NCBI GenBank assembly: GCA_021371855.1
Contig: JAJFVL010000052.1
Coordinates: forward strand, 72,969 to 136,968
Reading direction: 5' to 3'
Length of the DNA stretch: 64,000 nt
Origin: Bacteroidales bacterium
GTDB taxonomy: Bacteria; Bacteroidota; Bacteroidia; Bacteroidales; VadinHA17
The translations under genes and the position numbers were made by a program. The notes beneath the pieces were generated by a model. It did not search any database and was not told the origin of the DNA. It saw only the letters and a program-made list of their open reading frames with translations. Shown piece after piece: positions 39,992 to 49,735 of the stretch; the stretch's first letter is position 1; every line of letters begins with the position of its first letter.

Positions 39992-40143
39992 CAGATTTTG
40001 CGGTTCAATAATTTTTGCTAAATTGCCTCGAATTTATTTTCTTTAGAAAAAATAAATTAATACTTTTAACAGATAAAACTTGGTATTTTGTTTATAATCA
40101 GATCATAGATATTCTATTTGAATACATTCAGATATATTCAGTT

Positions 40144-41298
40144 ATGAAAAAAACTTTGTTTATTGTTGGTATCATTCTGGTACTGTTACTTGTCCTGCCC
40201 GTAATTAACCTGATCAGATGGACTTTACAGCCGAAGAAGGCGATGAATATCGTATTAGTTGATAAGACCGTGCCAACTCTTGAACGTGAAAAGCACAAGT
40301 CATTTGACTGGATACTTACCAATGAGCGGTTTGTTAAAAAAGGGAAAAATAGTAGTTATTCTTATCTGAAAGACTATTATGGATTTATTCCAAAACGCCC
40401 TTTACGTGATAAGAAATGGGATAAAAATGAATATCGTCTGACTGAGCTTATTTCCATCGCTGAAAATAATGATGCTGTTTATTTTACCGACACATACGGA
40501 GTCTTTTTCAATGACTGGTACAGAGGAATAAATAAAAGCCGCAAATCAAGAAAAATTTACGGGGGCCTTAATAACAATGACTTTCTGCTTATCAAGGAAA
40601 TGAAAGACAGGAATAAGCTCATCATTATGGAGTATAATGCATTTGATTATCCTACAGCAGAATTTGAGTCGGTCAGAACCCAGGAAAAGCTTGGAGTATC
40701 CTTTACCGGTTGGACAGGCAAGTACTTCCATTCTCTTGACTCTGCTTCGGTTGACTTTCCTGTCTGGATGACATCAATATACAGAAAACAGTATAATAAA
40801 CCATGGACTTTTACAAAACCCGGTATCGTAATTCTTAAGGAGAAAGATATCATTGTTCTTGAAGAAGGGACTCATCTCAAGATCGCGATGCCTCATGTTG
40901 TAACTGATACTGAATATTGTGGAAAATATGGAGTTGCAGGTTCGGTAGCTTTCGATAATTGGTTCGACATAATTAATCCTCTTCAAAATAATGTTATATC
41001 AAAGTTCAGAATTGAAACAACAACGTTAGGCGATACTTTATTACAGAAAAATACATTAGATAATGAATTTCCTGCTGTTGTTCAGGACCCCGCCTCCCAA
41101 CGGGTTTATTATTTCTCGGGAGATTTTGCAAATGCAGACATCCCTATGTGGACATCACGATTTAAAGGAATTACAAAGCTTAAAGGAATATTTTATTCCA
41201 GCAAACCAGATGATACAAGAAGATTTTTCTGGCTCTATTACCGGCCATTGATAAATGGGATCTTCAGCGATTATTACGCTTCAATGAATGCAAAATAG
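40144..41298 (+). CDS. Hypothetical membrane-anchored protein
   Basis: The track ORF starts at 40015. Met44 (40144) gives the N-terminal anchor MKKTLFIVGIILVLLLVLPVINL. I recognise no family for the ~360-aa extracytoplasmic part. Confidence 0.7.
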   Translation: MKKTLFIVGIILVLLLVLPVINLIRWTLQPKKAMNIVLVDKTVPTLEREKHKSFDWILTNERFVKKGKNSSYSYLKDYYGFIPKRPLRDKKWDKNEYRLTELISIAENNDAVYFTDTYGVFFNDWYRGINKSRKSRKIYGGLNNNDFLLIKEMKDRNKLIIMEYNAFDYPTAEFESVRTQEKLGVSFTGWTGKYFHSLDSASVDFPVWMTSIYRKQYNKPWTFTKPGIVILKEKDIIVLEEGTHLKIAMPHVVTDTEYCGKYGVAGSVAFDNWFDIINPLQNNVISKFRIETTTLGDTLLQKNTLDNEFPAVVQDPASQRVYYFSGDFANADIPMWTSRFKGITKLKGIFYSSKPDDTRRFFWLYYRPLINGIFSDYYASMNAK

Positions 41299-41320
41299 GA
41301 AACAAAAAGATCTATAAAAT

Positions 41321-41357
41321 AAAAATACAGGCTTGTTCCAAACCTGTATTTTTTTTA
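41321..41357 (+). terminator. Intrinsic terminator
   Basis: AAAAATACAGG-(loop)-CCTGTATTTTT is followed by a T-run, 23 nt after the stop at 41298. Confidence 0.7.
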
Positions 41358-41413
41358 TCATCAATGATTACCTTTAATTGATTAGTAATCGGAGTATTGA
41401 TCAAAGATAATTT

Positions 41414-42184
41414 ATGAAGATATCAATAGTACAACCCGATCTGTTATGGGAAGACAAATACCGCAATTTTGCCAGTCTTGGCAAAATGATTCTGCCTCTT
41501 TATAACAAGACAGATATTGTTATTCTCCCCGAAATGTTCAATACGGGATTCTCAATGTCTGCTGAACGTTTAAGTGAGACTCCCGAAGGTGAAACCTTTA
41601 ACTGGATGAAAATCATTGCACAAAGTGGTAACTTTGGGCTTTGCGGAAGCTATATGGTAAAAGAGAATGGTAATTTTTTTAACCGATGGGTTTTTGTTTC
41701 TCCTGAAAATATTTACTGTCAATACGATAAACGTCACCTCTTCAGCATGTCAGGCGAGGATAAATTTTTTACCCCCGGTAAAACGAGGGTGATATTAAGT
41801 TACAGAGGAACAAGAATTTGTCCGTCTGTCTGCTATGATCTTCGGTTCCCGGTTTGGACCAGAAATAAAAATGATTACGATCTTTTAATTTTTACGGCAA
41901 ACTGGCCGGAAAGCAGGAGCGAGGTATGGAATACTCTTCTGAAAGCACGTGCTATCGAAAATCAATGCTATGTTGCCGGGGCAAACAGGATTGGAACTGA
42001 TGGGAATGGAATTAAATATTGTGGCAATTCGATGATTATTAATCCCAGGGGGGAGGTCATCGCATCAGTTGGTATTAACGAAGAAACTTCTGTTTCAGCG
42101 GATATTTCACTGACTGAATTATCCCACTTCAGAAGGAAATTCCCTGTACTCGGCGATTCAGATGATTATACTATCATTTTATAG
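41414..42184 (+). CDS. Carbon-nitrogen hydrolase family amidohydrolase (omega-amidase/YafV-like)
   Basis: 256 aa with nitrilase-superfamily catalytic contexts (ILPEMFNTGF, CYDLRFP). Confidence 0.88.
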   Translation: MKISIVQPDLLWEDKYRNFASLGKMILPLYNKTDIVILPEMFNTGFSMSAERLSETPEGETFNWMKIIAQSGNFGLCGSYMVKENGNFFNRWVFVSPENIYCQYDKRHLFSMSGEDKFFTPGKTRVILSYRGTRICPSVCYDLRFPVWTRNKNDYDLLIFTANWPESRSEVWNTLLKARAIENQCYVAGANRIGTDGNGIKYCGNSMIINPRGEVIASVGINEETSVSADISLTELSHFRRKFPVLGDSDDYTIIL

Positions 42185-42261
42185 AATGACGCACTATTCG
42201 CGACTCAAGGCATTCAGAAGATCATCCTCATCGGTGTCTCTTTGTGTGAATTCTTCTTTTT

Positions 42262-42304
42262 TAACACGGAGTTACACTGAGTTATTAACGAAGTAACACG
42301 GAGT
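42262..42304. repeat. Short degenerate direct repeats TAACACGGAGT / TACACTGAGT / TAACACGGAGT
   Basis: TAACACGGAGT occurs at about 42262 and again at about 42294, with a degenerate copy between them. These lie immediately upstream of the 8-bp tandem array. Confidence 0.5.
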
Positions 42305-42310
42305 CTCCGG

Positions 42311-42440
42311 TTCCATTCTTCCATTCTTCCATTATTCCATTATTCCATTCTTCCATTATTCCATTATTCCATTATTCCATTCTTCCATTATTCCATTATT
42401 CCATTCTTCCATTATTCCATTATTCCATTCTTCCATTCTT
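42311..42440. repeat. 8-bp tandem repeat TTCCATT(C/A), 16 copies
   Basis: Direct reading gives 16 contiguous units. The last-base pattern is C C A A C A A A C A A C A A C C. The array ends 4 nt from the stop codon (42445-42447) of the minus-strand ydiJ-like gene and lies between convergent genes. Confidence 0.9.
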
Positions 42441-42444
42441 CACA

Positions 42445-45375
42445 TCATTTCTTAAGTGCATTGTAAAGAACAACAGCCGGGTGCAATGCTATTCGCCCTG
42501 TTCCGTCTTTGATCTGATGCCTGCAGCTGGTACCCGGAGCTGCAATAATAGTGTCGTTGCCAGATTTCCTTATTTCAGGGAACAAAACGAGTTCTCCTAT
42601 CTTGTTTGATAAATCAAAATGTTCCTTTTCATAACCAAATGAACCGGCCATACCACAACAGCCTGATGGTATCTCTGTTACAGAATAATTGGGAGGTATC
42701 GAAAGCATTTCAATAGTACTTGATGATGATGCAATTGCTTTCTGCTGGCAATGGGCATGTAAAAGGATATCAGCCTTCTCATCGGTGAACAGTCCTCTGT
42801 CAATTCTTCCCGCTCTGTATTCACTGACTATAAATTCATCAACCATAAAAGCATTTCTGGCGATCTTTTCAGCATTATCACGGAGATCATCTCCTGCCAG
42901 GTCGGGATATTCATCTCTGAATCCTAAAATTGCCGATGGCTCAATTCCAATTAAAGGAAGCTCTTCGTTGATAATACCCGATAAAGCCTTTATGTTCTTC
43001 CTGGATGTGTTTTTAGCCCTTCTGATCAGGCCTTTGGAGATATATGTTCTGGCACTTACATTATGATCGGCAATAACTACTTTATAGTTTAATGTTGTCA
43101 GCAACTTTATTATTGTAATACCTATTTCCGTATCGTTATAATTTGTGAATTCATCAATAAAGATACATACCTGACCCTTGGGATTCGTCGGGTTGATCTT
43201 TGAAATATTTTTCCTGATCCACTTTTTCAAGGTAGTTTTATATAATAATGGGATGGATCTTTTTGAGGCAAAACCTGTGGCTTTTTTTATAAGCCCTGAC
43301 GTTAATTTGTTCTTCAGAAAAAAGTTAAAGACAGAAGGAGCTAATGAACCTATTTGATTAATAACTGATATGTATGCTATTATTAATGATCTCAGAGGTA
43401 TGCCATTTTTATCGTACCAGTGCTGAAGAAACTCTGATTTGATCTTGGCCATATCGACACCCGAAGGACATTCCGATTTGCATCCTTTGCATGCAACACA
43501 AAGATCAAGAATTTCATAGATCTCCTTATGATTCCATGGGTCGTCACCTTTGTTAAGGAATTCCCGTATAACATTAGCTCTTGCTCTTGTGGTGTTTTTT
43601 TCATCACTAGTTGCCATGAAGCTGGGACACATTGTCCCCCCTATTTTTATCGATTTCCTGCAATCAGCAGAACCATTGCATTTTTCTGCTGCTCTGACAA
43701 TTCCATCACTTGCTGAAAAATCAAAGATTGTTTCAATTTCGCGGGTAGGCTTTCCTGGGATATATCTCAGGCATGTATTCATTTGCGGAGTGTTTGTGAT
43801 CTTGCCAGGATTGAGTAAACATTCAGGATCCCAGCATTCTTTCACCTCTTTGAAAAGATTATAATTGTGCTCTCCGAGTATAATAGGAATGAATTCACCT
43901 CTCAACCTTCCGTCGCCATGTTCTCCACTCATCGAACCTTTATATTTTTTGACCAGGTAGGCTGTGTCGATACCTATTTTTCTGAACAGTTCTATATCTC
44001 CCGTATCTTTTAAGTTAAGTATAGGTCTGATGTGAAGTTCGCCGGTCCCAATATGGGCATGAAAGACCGCATCTTTGCCATATGAAGCCAGCATTTTTTC
44101 GATTTCATCAGTATATTCAGGTAATTGTTCTACATTCACGGCTGTGTCTTCAATAAGCGAAACAGGCTTTGGATCACCTTTCATATTTGCGAGTACACCA
44201 AGACCTGCTTTTCTGAGATCCCATACTTTTGTTATGTTTTTTCCTCTGATTATAGGGTAGGCGTATCCGTAACCGGCTGATTTAAGCTCGCTAATCATCC
44301 TGGTTGAAGTTAAGTCCAGCTCTTCTGGTGTTTCTTTCACAAATTCCACTATAACAATTGCTCCGGGTCTTCCCTCAAGGAAAAACCTGTTTTCCCGCTG
44401 GCTGCTATTATTCTCAGTAAGTTCAAGGATCCTGTTATCCATCATTTCCACAGCTGATGGTTTGTATTTCAATGCTATCAGATTAGCTCTGAATGCGTCA
44501 CTTCTTTTTTCAAGATGAACGCATACCAGAGCCTTATTAACCGGAGGTAATGGAACAACATTCAGCTTTATCTCGGTTGTAACGGCCAGAGTGCCCTCCG
44601 AGCCGGCCAGCAACTTGCAGAAATTGAATTTATTTTCTGATTTTTCATCAAAAATCTCAGAATCAAGAAGCAGGTCAAGAGCATAACCTGTGTTTCTTCT
44701 TGGAATGGCAGGATCGGGATAATCTTTTTTTATATTCTCTACATTTAATTGATTGTCAAGGATGCTTCTGATATTTCTGTAAATATCTCCCTCACGATTT
44801 GTAAGATTGCATTTTGAATTAAAAGTTACTCTGTCGACCGGACCGAAAATTGCTTCACTGCCATCACTCAGGATTGTCTTCAGCTCAATCAGATGATCCC
44901 TTGTTGATCCGTAAACAACAGAATGTGATCCGCATGCATTATTGCCAACCATACCGCCAAGATTGCACCTGTTGGAGGTGGAAGTTTCGGGCCCGAAAAA
45001 CAACCCTTGTTCTTTGAGTTTCAGGTTAAGCTCATCAAGAACAACTCCTGGTTCAACCCTTACCCACATCTCCTCTTTGTTTATCTCAAGTATTCTGTTC
45101 ATATATCTTGAGACATCGACAATCATTCCCGAACTGACAACCTGGCCTGCAAGAGAAGTACCTCCGGCCCTCATGGTAATACTGGATTGCTCTTCGGCAG
45201 CAAATTGAAGCATTTTTTTTATATCTGATGCTCCTTTGGGCCAGCCGACAGCTAACGGTTCCTCCTTATATACTGAGGCGTCGGTTGAATATATGGTGGT
45301 TGTAATATTATCATACTTAAGATCGCCATCAAGGCTTTTGCGAAGCTTGTCCAACTTTTGGGAAAATACATCCAT
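42445..45375 (-). CDS. FAD-binding and (Fe-S)-binding 2-hydroxyacid dehydrogenase-like protein (YdiJ-type architecture)
   Basis: 976 aa. It has an N-terminal FAD-linked oxidase half, central ferredoxin motifs (CVACKGCKSECP), and C-terminal CCG-type cysteine-rich regions (CCGMAGSFG). Confidence 0.88.
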   Translation of the reverse strand: MDVFSQKLDKLRKSLDGDLKYDNITTTIYSTDASVYKEEPLAVGWPKGASDIKKMLQFAAEEQSSITMRAGGTSLAGQVVSSGMIVDVSRYMNRILEINKEEMWVRVEPGVVLDELNLKLKEQGLFFGPETSTSNRCNLGGMVGNNACGSHSVVYGSTRDHLIELKTILSDGSEAIFGPVDRVTFNSKCNLTNREGDIYRNIRSILDNQLNVENIKKDYPDPAIPRRNTGYALDLLLDSEIFDEKSENKFNFCKLLAGSEGTLAVTTEIKLNVVPLPPVNKALVCVHLEKRSDAFRANLIALKYKPSAVEMMDNRILELTENNSSQRENRFFLEGRPGAIVIVEFVKETPEELDLTSTRMISELKSAGYGYAYPIIRGKNITKVWDLRKAGLGVLANMKGDPKPVSLIEDTAVNVEQLPEYTDEIEKMLASYGKDAVFHAHIGTGELHIRPILNLKDTGDIELFRKIGIDTAYLVKKYKGSMSGEHGDGRLRGEFIPIILGEHNYNLFKEVKECWDPECLLNPGKITNTPQMNTCLRYIPGKPTREIETIFDFSASDGIVRAAEKCNGSADCRKSIKIGGTMCPSFMATSDEKNTTRARANVIREFLNKGDDPWNHKEIYEILDLCVACKGCKSECPSGVDMAKIKSEFLQHWYDKNGIPLRSLIIAYISVINQIGSLAPSVFNFFLKNKLTSGLIKKATGFASKRSIPLLYKTTLKKWIRKNISKINPTNPKGQVCIFIDEFTNYNDTEIGITIIKLLTTLNYKVVIADHNVSARTYISKGLIRRAKNTSRKNIKALSGIINEELPLIGIEPSAILGFRDEYPDLAGDDLRDNAEKIARNAFMVDEFIVSEYRAGRIDRGLFTDEKADILLHAHCQQKAIASSSSTIEMLSIPPNYSVTEIPSGCCGMAGSFGYEKEHFDLSNKIGELVLFPEIRKSGNDTIIAAPGTSCRHQIKDGTGRIALHPAVVLYNALKK

Positions 45376-45614
45376 TTCAATAGCATAATTATGAGCCGCT
45401 AATTTAGGAAAATGATTTAATCATGTTTTATCAGAGGATTTTTTTTAATTATGATTTTTATTGAGAAAAGATTTCTGAAATCTGTGTTTCCTGTTGACTG
45501 AATTATTGACTTCAATTATTCCTGATATTAATCATGCATCGCAGGTTGCTAAATCGAACTTTTTTTTCATAACTTTACGGCAAAAATTGAAATTCATTAA
45601 AATATTGATACACA

Positions 45615-46619
45615 ATGGAATTATTAGATCAAATTAAACAAAATGCCAGGAAGCAGAACAAACGGATTGTTCTTCCGGAAGGTTATGAAGAGCGGAATAT
45701 TAAAGCTGCTGATATTGCCATAGGAGATGGATTGGCTCAGATAATTTTAATTGGTGATCCGGAACAGATAAAATCTGATGCTGAAAAGTTTGGATTAAAA
45801 AATATTTCAAAAGCTACGATAATAAATCCCAAATCGCACAGCAAAAAGGATCATTATATAAACATGATGGTTGAAATCAGGAAAAACAAGGGAATGACCA
45901 TTGAAGCCGCTTCAAAGCTTATTGAAGATCCTCTTTACCTTGGTGTTATGATGATCAAAAACGGAGATGCTGATGGAGAAGTTTCGGGTGCCGATCATGC
46001 TACAGGCGACGTACTTAGACCTGCTTTTCAGTACATTAAAACAGCCCCCGGGGTCTCTGTTGTGTCAGGTGCATTCATTATGATTGTACCCGATAAAAGC
46101 TATGGGGAAAACGGAATATTCGTTTTTGCTGACGGAGGAGTGAACCCGAATCCTACTGATAAAGAACTGGCTGAAATAGCTGTAACAACAGCTCATACGG
46201 CTGAAGCAATTGCAGGTATTGAACCGAGAATTGCCATGCTTAGCTTCTCTACAAAAGGAAGTGCAAAACATGAATTAGTCGATAAAGTTGTAAGTGCCAC
46301 AAAGATTGCGCAGGAAATGGCTCCTGATTTAATGATTGAGGGAGAGTTGCAGGCCGATGCCGCCATTGTGGAGTCTGTCGGACAGAAAAAGGCTCCGGGA
46401 AGCAAAATTGCCGGAAAAGCTAATGTACTGATCTTCCCTAACCTCGAGTGTGGCAATATAGCCTATAAGCTTGTTCAACGTCTGGCTCATGCTGAAGCTT
46501 ATGGGCCCATTCTTCAGGGTATTGCTGCTCCTGTTAATGACCTTTCAAGGGGATGCTCAGTAAATGACATTGTCAGCATGATAGCTATAACATGTAATCA
46601 GGCTGCGGGTAAAAAGTAA
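45615..46619 (+). CDS. pta: Phosphate acetyltransferase (short form)
   Basis: 334 aa of the PTA_PTB family (GDADGEVSGADHATGDVLRPA). Acetate kinase follows directly. Confidence 0.92.
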   Translation: MELLDQIKQNARKQNKRIVLPEGYEERNIKAADIAIGDGLAQIILIGDPEQIKSDAEKFGLKNISKATIINPKSHSKKDHYINMMVEIRKNKGMTIEAASKLIEDPLYLGVMMIKNGDADGEVSGADHATGDVLRPAFQYIKTAPGVSVVSGAFIMIVPDKSYGENGIFVFADGGVNPNPTDKELAEIAVTTAHTAEAIAGIEPRIAMLSFSTKGSAKHELVDKVVSATKIAQEMAPDLMIEGELQADAAIVESVGQKKAPGSKIAGKANVLIFPNLECGNIAYKLVQRLAHAEAYGPILQGIAAPVNDLSRGCSVNDIVSMIAITCNQAAGKK

Positions 46620-46655
46620 ATCAAAATTTCAGTTTAAATATATATACATCAAAAA

Positions 46656-47870
46656 ATGATTATTCTCGTTTTAAATTGCGGAAGTTCTTCCATAAAATAT
46701 CAACTGTTCAATATGACAAATGGGGCAGTGCTTGCAAAAGGTGGGGTTGAGCGCGTTGGATTGGAAGACAGCTTCATGACACATAAACCTGCAAATAAAA
46801 AGCCTTTTAGTATTGTTACTGATATCCCGGATCATTCAGTGGGGATATCTATGGTAGTACATGCCCTTTGCGATCCTGATCATGGTGTAATTAAAGATGT
46901 CAATGAAATTAAGGCTGTCGGCCACAGAGTGTTAATCGGAGGTGAAAACTATAAAGAAAGTGTCCTGGTCGATGACGCTGTCAAGAGAGATATTGAGATT
47001 TGTTTTGAACTTGGTCCTCTGCATAATCCCGCAAATTTGAAAGGTATAGTATCTGTTGAAAAACTTATTCCTGGAGTCCCTCAGGTAGCAGTTTTTGATA
47101 CTTCTTTTCATCAGACAATGCCTGACTATGCTTATATGTACGCCCTTCCTTATGAATACTATGAAAAATACAAAGTCAGAAAATATGGTTTTCACGGAAC
47201 CAGTCATAAATTTGTTTCAGCCAAGGCAGCAAAACTCATCGGAAAAGAAGCAAAAGACCTTAAAATAATATCCTGTCATCTTGGTAACGGAGCCTCTGTT
47301 ACTGCAATAAAAGATGGGAAATCAGTTGATACATCAATGGGCTTTACCCCGGTTGATGGATTGATGATGGGAACGAGAACAGGATCTGTTGATCCGAGTG
47401 CAGTTTTATATATTGTTAATAAAGAGCACCTTAGTGTTGATCAGGTTAGTACATTAATCAATAAAAGGAGCGGAGTTCTGGGTATTTCTGAAATATCTCC
47501 CGATATGCGCGATCTTGAAACAGCTGCAGCAAAAGGGAATGACAAAGCAATACTTGCTCTTAAGATGTATGCATACCGTGTTAAAAGATTTATTGGTTCA
47601 TATATTGCTGCATTGAACGGTTTGGATCTTCTGATATTTACAGGAGGAATAGGAGAAAATGACTTTAACATGCGGAAGATGATCTGCTCCGACATGGAGA
47701 GCCTTGGAATAATTTTTGACGAGGAAGTTAATAATGGATCAAGGGGTCAGGACCTTATCATTTCAAAACCTGAATCCAGGGTTACTGTAATGTCAGTAAC
47801 AACTGATGAAGAATATGTTATTGCATCAGATACACTTGCTATTGTTGAACATCATAAAGTTTTAAACTAA
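46656..47870 (+). CDS. ackA: Acetate kinase
   Basis: 404 aa with motifs LVLNCGSSSIKY, GFHGTSH, HLGNGASV and FTGGIGEN. Confidence 0.95.
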   Translation: MIILVLNCGSSSIKYQLFNMTNGAVLAKGGVERVGLEDSFMTHKPANKKPFSIVTDIPDHSVGISMVVHALCDPDHGVIKDVNEIKAVGHRVLIGGENYKESVLVDDAVKRDIEICFELGPLHNPANLKGIVSVEKLIPGVPQVAVFDTSFHQTMPDYAYMYALPYEYYEKYKVRKYGFHGTSHKFVSAKAAKLIGKEAKDLKIISCHLGNGASVTAIKDGKSVDTSMGFTPVDGLMMGTRTGSVDPSAVLYIVNKEHLSVDQVSTLINKRSGVLGISEISPDMRDLETAAAKGNDKAILALKMYAYRVKRFIGSYIAALNGLDLLIFTGGIGENDFNMRKMICSDMESLGIIFDEEVNNGSRGQDLIISKPESRVTVMSVTTDEEYVIASDTLAIVEHHKVLN

Positions 47871-47888
47871 TAATAAAATTGTAATTCA

Positions 47889-48794
47889 ATGGTGCTAAAG
47901 ACTCTAAGTGACCTGAAACGGCTGGTGGATGGCAGTCCAATGAAAAAACTTGTTCTGGCCGCCGCACAGGATCAACATTCCCTGGGTGCAATTATCAAAG
48001 CCTGGAAAGCCAACATTGTTGAACCGATTTTTGTCGGAGACAGAGATGGAATACTTAGTGTTTGTGAATCCAATAATTATGATATTTCCGGGCTCCGTAT
48101 AATTCACGAACCCGACACTGAAATGGCAGTTGAAACTGCTATTAAGATGGTCAGCAGTAAACAGGCGGATATTCTGATGAAGGGGAAAGTTGGTACTTCC
48201 ATTTTACTCAAAGCTGCCCTTAACAAAGATTGGGGATTAAGGACAGGTAATCTGCTCTCTCATATCGCCTTGTTTGAGGTATCTACTTATCATAAAGTAA
48301 TTGCAGTAACCGATGTGGCAATGAATATTGCTCCTAATCTTAAAGACAAAATTGCAATTCTCAACAATTCTGTAGCCTGTCTGAATAATCTGGGTTATAA
48401 AATGCCTAAAGTTGCTGTTCTGGGGGCGGTGGAGATGGTTAATGAGAATATGGAAGCTACCCTCCATGCTGCCCTCCTGTCAAAAATGAATCAGCGCGAC
48501 CAGATAAAGAATTGTATTATCGATGGCCCTCTTGCCTTCGACAATGCTGTCAGTCTGGAAAGCGCACAGTTTAAAGGAATAAAAAGTGAGGTCGCAGGAG
48601 ATACGGATATCCTGCTTATGCCTGACATTGAAGTTGGTAATGTCTTATATAAATCGCTTGTTTTCTTTGCAAAAGCTAAAGTCGCTTCCATAATACTTGG
48701 AGCAACGGTCCCCATTGTCCTGACATCGAGATCCGATTCGGAACAGGCAAAGTTCGATAGTATATTGTTAGCCGCCGCTGCAAGTAAATGGTGA
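47889..48794 (+). CDS. ptb: Phosphate butyryltransferase-type acyltransferase (paralog 1)
   Basis: 301 aa of the PTA_PTB family, butyryl-type length (ADILMKGKVGT, DGPLAFDNA). Confidence 0.85.
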   Translation: MVLKTLSDLKRLVDGSPMKKLVLAAAQDQHSLGAIIKAWKANIVEPIFVGDRDGILSVCESNNYDISGLRIIHEPDTEMAVETAIKMVSSKQADILMKGKVGTSILLKAALNKDWGLRTGNLLSHIALFEVSTYHKVIAVTDVAMNIAPNLKDKIAILNNSVACLNNLGYKMPKVAVLGAVEMVNENMEATLHAALLSKMNQRDQIKNCIIDGPLAFDNAVSLESAQFKGIKSEVAGDTDILLMPDIEVGNVLYKSLVFFAKAKVASIILGATVPIVLTSRSDSEQAKFDSILLAAAASKW

Positions 48795-48798
48795 AATT

Positions 48799-49701
48799 AT
48801 GATCAGACACCTTGACCAGATAGAGGAAAAGGTACAGGCACTTAATAAAAAGTACCGGATTGCAGTTGCTTGTGCACAGGATGTAAATACTATTGGAGCT
48901 ATTCATAAAGCTGTTATTAAAGGATTTGCCGAAGCTATTATGATCGGGCAACCTGACGAAATAATTAAAGTCTGCAAATCAGAAGCATTCGATAAAAACC
49001 TTTTTACTATCGTTTATGCTGATAATGAAACAGATGCATCAAGGGAAGCCGTCAGATTAGTAAAATCAGGTGATGCCGATATAGTTATGAAAGGACTTGT
49101 CGGGACTGACAAGTTCCTCAAAGCTGTAATGGACAGAGAAAAAGGATTGATGATTCCTGGTGCAGTGGTCAGCTATGTGGCTGCGATGGAGATCCCATTA
49201 TACCATAAGCTTCTTTTTGTTACTGACCCTGCAGTCATCCCGTTTCCTGATCTTGATCAAAAGATTGCCATGGCAAATTATGCAATTGGAATGGCACTCC
49301 GATTCGGAATTGAAAAACCGAGAGTTGCGTTAATAGGTGCCTCAGAGAAAATGAACCGGCATTTTGAAAACTCAGTTGACTATGCCGTTATGTGTAAAAT
49401 GGCTGAAAGGGGTGAAATAAAAAATTGTATCATGGACGGACCTCTCGACATTTTTCTGGCATGTGATAAAAAAAGTGTTGCTATTAAAAATGTAGAAACT
49501 CCTGTTGATGGCGATGCTGATATTTTGTTATTCCCATCTCTCGAATCGAGTAACCCTTTTTATAAAGGCTTGATGCTATTTGCACAGGGTGAATTGGCCG
49601 GACTTATAAGAGGAACCGAGAAACCGGTCGTTGTCATGTCCCGAAGCGAAAGTGAAAAATCAAAATATTATTCTCTTGTTCTCTCATGCCTGATGGCATA
49701 A
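48799..49701 (+). CDS. Phosphate butyryltransferase-type acyltransferase (paralog 2, diverged)
   Basis: 300 aa, collinear with paralog 1 (ADIVMKGLVGT, DGPLDIFLA) but only distantly similar by eye. It starts 4 nt after the stop of paralog 1. Confidence 0.85.
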   Translation: MIRHLDQIEEKVQALNKKYRIAVACAQDVNTIGAIHKAVIKGFAEAIMIGQPDEIIKVCKSEAFDKNLFTIVYADNETDASREAVRLVKSGDADIVMKGLVGTDKFLKAVMDREKGLMIPGAVVSYVAAMEIPLYHKLLFVTDPAVIPFPDLDQKIAMANYAIGMALRFGIEKPRVALIGASEKMNRHFENSVDYAVMCKMAERGEIKNCIMDGPLDIFLACDKKSVAIKNVETPVDGDADILLFPSLESSNPFYKGLMLFAQGELAGLIRGTEKPVVVMSRSESEKSKYYSLVLSCLMA

Positions 49702-49735
49702 GAACGGTAAAATCTAATTTCAACAACCTCCTTAT

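Noticed and set aside
42311-42440. The repeat array was considered as a possible CRISPR or coding repeat.
   Set aside because: The units are 8 bp and contiguous, with no spacers, and there are no cas genes. The unit length is not a multiple of 3 and no ORF spans the array.
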